A DNA stretch of 6,342 bases from a virus, in the IMG/VR virus record IMGVR_UViG_3300045988_001374. One strand, given 5' to 3'. Positions 1 through 5,058 of this stretch are shown here, in pieces. How positions within the stretch are numbered: the stretch's first letter is position 1; each line of letters opens with the position of its first letter. The translations under genes and the position numbers were made by a program. The notes beneath the pieces were generated by a model. That model saw only the letters and a program-made list of their open reading frames with translations, searched no databases and was not told where the DNA came from.

Positions 1-89
1 CCTAGATATTTCTTAGTAATAGCAGCCTTACCAGTATTAGTAGAAGCAATCATAGAACCATAACCAAGCATATCAAGCAGCTTACAAGA
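1..89. repeat. Terminal redundancy, copy 1 (identical to 6254..6342); marks a circular genome linearised with an 89-nt overlap
   Basis: Base-by-base comparison: 1-89 equals 6254-6342 with no mismatch. The capsid reading frame runs continuously through the junction. Confidence 0.95.
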
Positions 90-533
90 ACCATAGACAA
101 TAGGAAGACCTGCATCGTCACGGGTATTAGTCTGGTCACCAGCATTAGCCGTCTGGAGGAAGAGACTAAAGGTACTCTGAGCAACATTAGGTACAGAAGT
201 AAGGGCAGATGTATTAGCAGTAGAACTAGCAGCGCTAGTCATGTAATCCGTCATCTGGGTAAATGCCTGCGGAAGAGCACGAGAAATCAGGCGTAACGGC
301 ACAGCGTAAAAGTCATAATACTCCTTAATACGAGTATAAGCAGCAGTGTTAACCGGAACAGTACGGGTAAACCAGTCAGAGGAAATACGATACTTAGTAC
401 CGGGAATAGCAATCTGCCAATAGCAAGGGAGAATCTCACCAACTTTGGCTGTAAACAATTTTTTCGAACTTAAGTCGAAAGAAGAGCGATGAGTAGGAAT
501 TTTCGCTCTGTCTAAAGGATTAAAATCACTCAT
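1..533 (-). CDS. VP1: Major capsid protein VP1 (F-like), N-terminal part; continues from 5059..6253 on the circular molecule
   Basis: ATG at 533-531, frame open to base 1. Hand translation: MSDFNPLDRAKIPTHRSSFDLSSKKLFTAKVGEILPCYWQIAIPGTKYRISSDWFTRTVPVNTAAYTRIKEYYDFYAVPLRLI... This resembles the conserved N-terminus of Microviridae capsid proteins (H-x-S-x-FDLS, G-x-L-P, PG, RT-x-P, F/YAVP-x-R). 533 nt + 1195 nt (5059-6253) = 1728 nt = 575 aa + stop, so the two parts are in frame. Confidence 0.9.
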   Translation of the reverse strand, partial: MSDFNPLDRAKIPTHRSSFDLSSKKLFTAKVGEILPCYWQIAIPGTKYRISSDWFTRTVPVNTAAYTRIKEYYDFYAVPLRLISRALPQAFTQMTDYMTSAASSTANTSALTSVPNVAQSTFSLFLQTANAGDQTNTRDDAGLPIVYGSCKLLDMLGYGSMIASTNTGKAAITKKYL

Positions 534-550
534 AATTAATAAAATTAAAA

Positions 551-2230
551 TTAAATCATGCGGTTGAAAATATTATTAGCATCATTAAGATTCTTATGCT
601 TAATCATATCACGACAGAATGTTGCACTACGGTACCGGAGTTGCTCAAGGAGGTGAATCGTTTCACTTGATACGGCCTGCAAGACATCAATCTCTTGCCC
701 GTTCTGAGGCAGCGCAAACATACAATCTGATATTTCCGGGTATTGGGAACGAAGGTCATATGCATCTCGTAAGCTTTCATAATTCTTTTTCTTCTCATAT
801 TCTATACCTTTTTTAAGAATAAACATAATACGACCGGCGTAAGAATCAATATTACAGCCAAAGGCAGGCAAATGCCAATTACGGAAGAACTTATAGACAT
901 ATAAGAATAGCCGATATAGCTTATTAATATAAGACTCAATATCGACATCACTAGAACTGTTACAGAACCTAGTAAGACACCTAGAAGAATGTAATATAAT
1001 CTTATCATCGTCAGTAAGAATAGGGTTAACCTTAAGATATTGATAATAAGTACGAACAAGACTCAAGATTGAATCCTGTTTATAGTCAATGAATCCGTAT
1101 TTTGCAATTCTTTTTGGCGTTGAGTGTACAGCGCGAAGAACTCGAGCAATCGCAATACTATCGTCATTGCGAGCAGACGAGAATCGGGGCAATAAGGTAC
1201 GGATATACGACATGGGGGGAGTTGACCGAATACTGAGGCCACTGAAGGCATAGATTCTGCCATTAACAACAGAATCGATTTTTTGTTCAATCTGCGCATA
1301 AGGCTCTTCACCTTCCACGAAATCGCAACCTTTCTCAAAGAATCCGATAGACGCTCTTGAGCGGGGTCTAAACGCACGGCATGAGCGATATAATAAGGGA
1401 GCAGCACTAAGGCTGTTAACGTAACTCGAAACGTATGAAGAAGCTCCACCGCGGGCAATCTGGAAATCTGAACGACCGAATTTCCAACTCTTATCGTGAC
1501 AGTATCGTAATACCTTTGAGACTTCTTCCGAGTTTGTGAATAATAAGATATGATAATGCGGACGGAAGTGAACAGGGCCGTACTCACCGACAGCGTAGAA
1601 ATGTAGCGTTTCATAAGAACCTAATTGTTTATACAAATATTTACGTAATCTTTTAATATAATTCTGAACATCAGCATAATTTAAAAAGGGAATAAGGTTA
1701 TCACGACCATATTGTCCAGAAGCGGGATAATCCGTTTTATCAACCGATTGCGTCTTATGGATAAAACTACGAATAGCATCCATACTAAGAAACCAATTGT
1801 CCTTAACAGGAGCATATTCCTTAATCTCACGGTCAAACGGCACTGTGCCTTGTACTTGCTCAAAGAATATATGACGCAATATGGAGTTATCATCACATTG
1901 ATATTCAGAAACAGGGATATACTTATGATGTTCATAACCAAAATGAATATCTCCCGAAATGCCTATAGCATCATCATAATCACTATGCAAAACCTTACAA
2001 GACATAAGGGGGACATGCTCATTATCATAAGTAAGTGTAACAAAATAAGAATACTTAAAAGCACTTCCAGCGGTCTTCACGCGCATGGACGCTTTCTGGG
2101 CTTTCTTATGGATACAATAATCGCATTGACCACAATCTACCGCAATGCGTGCACCATTATACCTATTTGTAATAAAAGAACGATGCTGACAATGATCAAC
2201 AGCCTTAAGCAAATCGGGAGAAAATTTCAT
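551..2230 (-). CDS. VP4: Rolling-circle replication initiator VP4 (HUH superfamily Rep, phiX174 gene A analogue), 559 aa
   Basis: ORF track. RCR motif I FVTLTY at nt 2027-2044. Motif II GEYG...RPHYHILLF with H-Y-H at nt 1538-1558. Motif III double-tyrosine YVSSYVNS (Y266, Y270; nt 1421-1435), comparable to YxxxY in phiX174 protein A. N-terminal Cys cluster C14, C33-x2-C36-x2-C39. Confidence 0.93.
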   Translation of the reverse strand: MKFSPDLLKAVDHCQHRSFITNRYNGARIAVDCGQCDYCIHKKAQKASMRVKTAGSAFKYSYFVTLTYDNEHVPLMSCKVLHSDYDDAIGISGDIHFGYEHHKYIPVSEYQCDDNSILRHIFFEQVQGTVPFDREIKEYAPVKDNWFLSMDAIRSFIHKTQSVDKTDYPASGQYGRDNLIPFLNYADVQNYIKRLRKYLYKQLGSYETLHFYAVGEYGPVHFRPHYHILLFTNSEEVSKVLRYCHDKSWKFGRSDFQIARGGASSYVSSYVNSLSAAPLLYRSCRAFRPRSRASIGFFEKGCDFVEGEEPYAQIEQKIDSVVNGRIYAFSGLSIRSTPPMSYIRTLLPRFSSARNDDSIAIARVLRAVHSTPKRIAKYGFIDYKQDSILSLVRTYYQYLKVNPILTDDDKIILHSSRCLTRFCNSSSDVDIESYINKLYRLFLYVYKFFRNWHLPAFGCNIDSYAGRIMFILKKGIEYEKKKNYESLRDAYDLRSQYPEISDCMFALPQNGQEIDVLQAVSSETIHLLEQLRYRSATFCRDMIKHKNLNDANNIFNRMI

Positions 2231-2232
2231 AA

Positions 2233-2541
2233 TTATTTACGGTTATCAATGACCTGACGACGATTACGATCGCCAAATGAAATATGAATAAACATAGGAT
2301 ACAATATCAGTTGATCAAACACATGAACGCTATCTGAATAGTTATGAATATGTTCAAGCAACCGATTATAAGTAGTAGAACCATACGGCTTAATATCAAC
2401 AGCTTCTCCAACCAAATGTTGGGAATTAGGAACACCTCCAGCAGCTTCATTTTCAGCAATAGAACGCTTAGCGCTTGTTACCGAAAAATGTAAGTTAAAA
2501 CACAGCAGATGCTCAAAAAAATCCATAAGAGTACTATTCAT
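2233..2541 (-). CDS. Zinc D,D- or L,D-peptidase of the M15 / hedgehog-VanX fold (Peptidase_M15_3-like), putative endolysin, 102 aa
   Basis: Motif VTSAKRSIAENEAAGGVPNSQHLVGEAVDI matches the family signature S-x-x-R-S...GG...S-x-H-x-x-G-x-A-x-D. Putative zinc ligands are H42 (nt 2416-2418) and D49 (nt 2395-2397), with the third ligand H86 in FIHIS (nt 2284-2286). The start ATG overlaps the stop of the upstream small ORF (ATGA). The stop lies 2 nt before the VP4 ATG. Confidence 0.8.
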   Translation of the reverse strand: MNSTLMDFFEHLLCFNLHFSVTSAKRSIAENEAAGGVPNSQHLVGEAVDIKPYGSTTYNRLLEHIHNYSDSVHVFDQLILYPMFIHISFGDRNRRQVIDNRK

Positions 2542-2621
2542 AGACCAATAGCGTTTAAAATATAACCTAATGCAGCGGAAACAGCTCCAATTATAATCTT
2601 CCAGACATTATTACTTTTCAT
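2538..2621 (-). CDS. 27-aa single-transmembrane peptide MKSNNVWKIIIGAVSAALGYILNAIGL (candidate holin-like or membrane-acting lysis partner)
   Basis: This is the internal Met of the 74-aa track ORF 2538..2762. The ATG at 2621-2619 overlaps the end of the 64-aa ORF by 11 nt, and the TGA overlaps the peptidase ATG (ATGA at 2541-2538). One charged N-terminus plus a roughly 20-residue hydrophobic helix. Third-position T in 14/27 codons versus first-position T in 5/27, like the bona fide genes. It fills what would otherwise be a 69-nt gap. Confidence 0.4.
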   Translation of the reverse strand: MKSNNVWKIIIGAVSAALGYILNAIGL

Positions 2622-2805
2622 CACTTTGAGTTTTAAGTTCAACAAAATCGTTCTCTTCTTTAATTGAATCCACAATAACAATAAGACCCAACGGAGAAAC
2701 TCGTTCAGAATAATTTCCAAGGCCATCGAGAGAATTAACGATATAAGGCGAAATAACATCACGACCCGTAGTTTTTTCCTTAACTGAAATAATAAACTTC
2801 TGCAT
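2611..2805 (-). CDS. Hypothetical protein, 64 aa, first gene after the long intergenic region
   Basis: ORF track. Hand count gives third-position T in 36/64 codons versus first-position T in 11/64, the same periodicity as the capsid and Rep genes. The composition is soluble and mixed-charge. It is preceded by a TAnnTTTG-type promoter candidate. I recognise no family. Confidence 0.6.
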   Translation of the reverse strand: MQKFIISVKEKTTGRDVISPYIVNSLDGLGNYSERVSPLGLIVIVDSIKEENDFVELKTQSDEK

Positions 2806-2855
2806 AATTGTAATAATTTTAAATGTTAATAACAGTTGTAACTTCTAACTGGGAG

Positions 2856-2886
2856 CAAATATACAGATTATTTTCATCAAACCAAA
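2856..2886 (-). promoter_or_regulatory. Candidate Bacteroidota-type promoter (-33 TTTG / -7 TAnnTTTG) for the 64-aa ORF, peptidase and Rep module
   Basis: On the - strand, TATATTTG (reverse complement of 2856-2863) and TTTG (reverse complement of 2883-2886) are separated by 19 nt. This lies about 50 nt upstream of the ATG at 2805. Confidence 0.35.
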
Positions 2887-2942
2887 AGAAAACTGTTTTT
2901 TTTAGATTCTACTATAGAGTGTGAGTTGCGCGTTTATAGACA

Positions 2943-2958
2943 AGAGAAGGGAGAATTC
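2943..2958 (+). repeat. Direct repeat AGAGAAGGGAGAATTC, left copy, bracketing the GC-rich island
   Basis: Matches 3251-3265 (AGAGAAGGAGAATTC) apart from one extra G. Confidence 0.5.
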
Positions 2959-3088
2959 GAGAGGATAACTCGAATTTACTTCGTACGCAACTAGGGGCTT
3001 CGCTTAATTAACAAGTGGATGTATACAGGGGTGTATAGGCACGGCAGGTCAGATAGAACCTGCCTTTGCGCACTCCGTGCTAAAATAC

Positions 3089-3132
3089 CGGAGCGGGGCG
3101 CTCCTATAAGGAAGTCGCTCCGCTCCGTTTTT
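3089..3132 (+). terminator. Intrinsic-terminator-like hairpin, best on the + strand, possibly bidirectional
   Basis: 12 consecutive pairs 3089-3100/3116-3127 (CGGAGCGGGGCG / CGCTCCGCTCCG, one G.T at 3097/3119), plus 2 further pairs, followed by TTTTT at 3128-3132. Read on the - strand, the stem is preceded by AAAAA and followed by GTATTTTA, and it carries a C/A mismatch. Confidence 0.55.
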
Positions 3133-3204
3133 CGACCAGGCCCTACGCGGGCAGCGGGTGTATATCACTCAAACGCCGTGATGGGCTTCTAGTCCTGAAG
3201 TGTG

Positions 3205-3360
3205 CTATCTCAACTGGGGGTAAAGAGAATAAGTATAAGAATAATCCAATAGAGAAGGAGAATTCTGCCATAAATTAATCCATTCAACACAATCTTCCAA
3301 TGTTCCAACCTTTGAAAAAACGACTTTACGTCCAAGTTTAATTCTTAATTCGTAATACAT
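3205..3360 (-). CDS. Possible small ORF, 51 aa (MYYELRIKLGRKVVFSKVGTLEDCVEWINLWQNSPSLLDYSYTYSLYPQLR), below the ORF-track cutoff
   Basis: Hand translation: ATG at 3360-3358, TAG at 3207-3205. It lies about 30 nt downstream of a TAnnTTTG motif. The codon-position T skew is weak (T3 24/51, T1 20/51), so the coding evidence is thin. Confidence 0.3.
   Translation of the reverse strand: MYYELRIKLGRKVVFSKVGTLEDCVEWINLWQNSPSLLDYSYTYSLYPQLR
3251..3265 (+). repeat. Direct repeat AGAGAAGGAGAATTC, right copy
   Basis: Matches 2943-2958 with a 1-nt indel. It lies inside the 3' end of the 51-aa ORF. Confidence 0.5.
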
Positions 3361-3392
3361 AATATATAAGTTTTTGGTTCTTTTCTGTATTG

Positions 3393-3426
3393 CAAAGATA
3401 CGGAATAGTTTGCAAAGTACAACAAA
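3393..3426 (-). promoter_or_regulatory. Candidate Bacteroidota-type promoter downstream of VP2
   Basis: On the - strand, TATCTTTG (reverse complement of 3393-3400) and TTTG (reverse complement of 3423-3426) are separated by a 22-nt spacer, slightly long. TTGCAAAG is repeated at 3390-3397 and 3410-3417. Confidence 0.3.
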
Positions 3427-3464
3427 GTTGGAGTTAAAAAGTGTTTAGCAAATGTTAAAGTACG

Positions 3465-4607
3465 TTATCGGCCGTTATAAATAGTAGTATTACGGGGGCC
3501 ATAGTCATTACGATAGATATTAGCACCGGGACGAAACGCGCCGACAAAATTACCAGCACCGGAGGCAATACTACCAACACCACGAGCAACAGATTCCCAA
3601 TAATGAGTACGGCCTTGTTTACGAACCAAGTCTGCGCCATATTCAGCAGCTTTCTGATTAGCCATAGAAGTTTTATACTCCGTATGTTTACGAAGCTTAA
3701 CATTCTTATAATCATAAGTAGAATCACGATACTGCAATTCATTAGAGGCGTTAGCTGCCTTAATCAAAGAATCAGCCGTCTCGGAAGCTATACGATTGTC
3801 AATTTTCTTACCGGAAGCCTCAGCAGCAGTAAGAATAGCACGCTGGATTTCAGTCTGTATCTGCTTCTCAGTAAGAGCACCTTGAGACTTGAGATTGGCT
3901 AAGGTTTGAGCCTTAATAAACAAATCAGCCTGTTGATTCTGATCCATATATTTATTCATAATACGTTGAGCCTCAGAATTAAGCAAAATCTGTGTTTCTT
4001 GAGCAGCAGATATACGTTCAGCAAACTGAGCATTTTTTAGATTCTGGGCCTCAGTAGACTGGTCTAGAGCAGCAGATATACGACCTGTTTCCTTATTCCA
4101 ATAACCGGAATCACCAATAGCTAGATTCTTCCAGTTAGTAAGACCTTTATAATAGTCAGACAGAAGAGGAGTTACCGTATCAGTCTGACGTGCACGAGAG
4201 TTTGATTCACCAGCAGAAGCCTCAGAAGCCTTAGCTTGGGCAAGGGAAGCAAGAGACTGAAACACGCTAGAAAAATTAGGCTTGTAGGCCTGCATACTAG
4301 GAACAGGAGCAGCAGTAGCAGCAGCTCCGCCTGAAGCAGGAGACCTAGAACCAGCCATAGCAGCAGAGCCTTGAACAAACGGATTCAAACCACGAGAAAT
4401 CATAGCGTTAGGAGAATTGTAGGCATTATTCATACCCCACATCTGTTGCTGCCAATCACGTTGAATTTGCGCCTGTTCTGCATTAAACGCGTTCTGTTCA
4501 CGCATCATACGGAGATTAACCTTATTCTGATGATTCTGATTAACCATACCGACAACATTGTCGGTAAGGTTTGCAGCTGAAGAAGCAATAGCATCAAATA
4601 AGCCCAT
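3465..4607 (-). CDS. VP2: VP2 minor capsid / DNA pilot protein, 380 aa
   Basis: ORF track. The N-terminal region ...REQNAFNAEQAQIQRDWQQQMWGMNNAYNSPNAMISRGLNPF... resembles the conserved VP2 motif of gokusho/alpa-type microviruses (REQ-x-AFN...RDWQ...M-x-N-x-AY...GLNP). It is followed by an Ala/Gly/Ser-rich linker and a Q/A-rich, probably helical region. The start overlaps the upstream stop (TAATG at 4609-4605). Confidence 0.85.
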   Translation of the reverse strand: MGLFDAIASSAANLTDNVVGMVNQNHQNKVNLRMMREQNAFNAEQAQIQRDWQQQMWGMNNAYNSPNAMISRGLNPFVQGSAAMAGSRSPASGGAAATAAPVPSMQAYKPNFSSVFQSLASLAQAKASEASAGESNSRARQTDTVTPLLSDYYKGLTNWKNLAIGDSGYWNKETGRISAALDQSTEAQNLKNAQFAERISAAQETQILLNSEAQRIMNKYMDQNQQADLFIKAQTLANLKSQGALTEKQIQTEIQRAILTAAEASGKKIDNRIASETADSLIKAANASNELQYRDSTYDYKNVKLRKHTEYKTSMANQKAAEYGADLVRKQGRTHYWESVARGVGSIASGAGNFVGAFRPGANIYRNDYGPRNTTIYNGR

Positions 4608-5047
4608 TATCCTTCAGAGGCAGGTGCGGAATCCGGAGACGGCGCTGCCTTATTCTCTGCCAATAAAAATTCAGCATAAGACGATAATTCTGACTTCTCG
4701 TTAGCCAGCTGTTGAAGAACAGCCTGACGCTCCGACATAGTCTGACAATGACGAGAAATAACACAATTAAAACGTTCTTCATCAGTCATACCATCCATAA
4801 CAGTAGATTGAGTAGGATGCATTTGAGCAAGAATGTTCTGAACGTTCATATCACCAAGCAAACGACGATATTTTTCTTGATTCAGCAAAATCTGCGTCAT
4901 ATCAGCTTGAATTAAATCACCATCCGGAGTTTCATCATACATAACTGAATCATACACAGACTGTTGATAACAAGGATTATCCTCAACCAATTCGGGAACA
5001 ACCTCGTTTTTAATATAATCAGGATTTTTATAAGCAAAATTTCTCAT
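4607..5047 (-). CDS. Hypothetical protein, 146 aa, possibly the VP3-like internal scaffolding protein
   Basis: ORF track. It is acidic, sits between VP1 and VP2, and is coupled to VP2 by a 1-nt overlap. The size is typical of microvirus scaffolding proteins. The functional call rests on position and size only. Confidence 0.55.
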   Translation of the reverse strand: MRNFAYKNPDYIKNEVVPELVEDNPCYQQSVYDSVMYDETPDGDLIQADMTQILLNQEKYRRLLGDMNVQNILAQMHPTQSTVMDGMTDEERFNCVISRHCQTMSERQAVLQQLANEKSELSSYAEFLLAENKAAPSPDSAPASEG

Positions 5048-5058
5048 AACAATACAAA

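Larger units (their letters stand above)
2921..3205. other. GC-rich, hairpin-dense non-coding island (candidate structured RNA or ssDNA complementary-strand origin; function unknown)
   Basis: Hand count: 98/170 G+C (58%) for 3031-3200 versus 6/30 (20%) for flanking 3221-3250 and 37-47% in three 60-nt coding samples. There is no CAT on the + strand, so no ATG on the gene-sense strand, anywhere in 2921-3204. At least five helices were found by hand (see findings). Confidence 0.6.

Noticed and set aside
802-1614. Two long same-strand ORFs (183 aa at 1063..1614 and a very hydrophobic 85 aa at 802..1059) in the +1 frame nested in the Rep gene. They are reminiscent of the phiX174 genes B, K and E, which are embedded in other genes.
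   Set aside because: The real genes have a strong NNT codon bias. In the +1 frame that T becomes the middle codon base, which forbids stop codons (TAA, TAG, TGA) and enriches Leu, Ile, Val and Phe. Long hydrophobic +1 ORFs are therefore an expected by-product. I saw no independent start or coupling signal. A synonymous-site conservation test across relatives would be needed to revive this.
1712-2257. 181-aa ORF on the + strand, antisense to the Rep N-terminus.
   Set aside because: It is in the codon-aligned antisense frame, where the sense NNT bias makes antisense codons start with A and so never be stops. Microviruses are transcribed from one strand only. The sequence is low-complexity and Ile/Asn/Lys-rich.
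2538-2762. The full 74-aa reading of this ORF.
   Set aside because: Its first 47 codons overlap the better-supported 64-aa ORF in another frame and look like +1-frame hydrophobic noise. Only the last 27 codons, from the Met at 2621, lie in otherwise unoccupied sequence and show gene-like codon periodicity.
2797-2824. dif-like 28-mer CTTCTGCATAA-TTGTAA-TAATTTTAAAT. This would be relevant because related microviruses have been proposed to integrate via host XerC/XerD.
   Set aside because: It matches only 7/11 and 9/11 positions of the E. coli dif arms, which is the wrong phylum for comparison. It lies in very AT-rich DNA and overlaps the start codon of the 64-aa ORF. I do not know the Bacteroidota dif consensus well enough to support the call.
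3019-3192. 57-aa Arg-rich basic ORF on the + strand spanning the GC-rich island (MYTGVYRHGRSDRTCLCALRAKIPERGAPIRKSLRSVFRPGPTRAAGVYHSNAVMGF). This is superficially like the small basic DNA-packaging proteins of microviruses.
   Set aside because: It is on the strand opposite to all genes and runs straight through the terminator hairpin. Stop-poor, Arg/Gly/Ala/Pro-rich frames are expected in any GC-rich stretch. It has no promoter or initiation context.
2921-3205. A tRNA, tmRNA, CRISPR repeat array or self-cleaving ribozyme in the GC-rich island.
   Set aside because: I found no cloverleaf with a T-loop (GTTCGAATC-like) motif, no regularly spaced repeats, and no hammerhead CUGAUGA...GAAA core on either strand. 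Only covariance-model scanning could exclude the rarer families.
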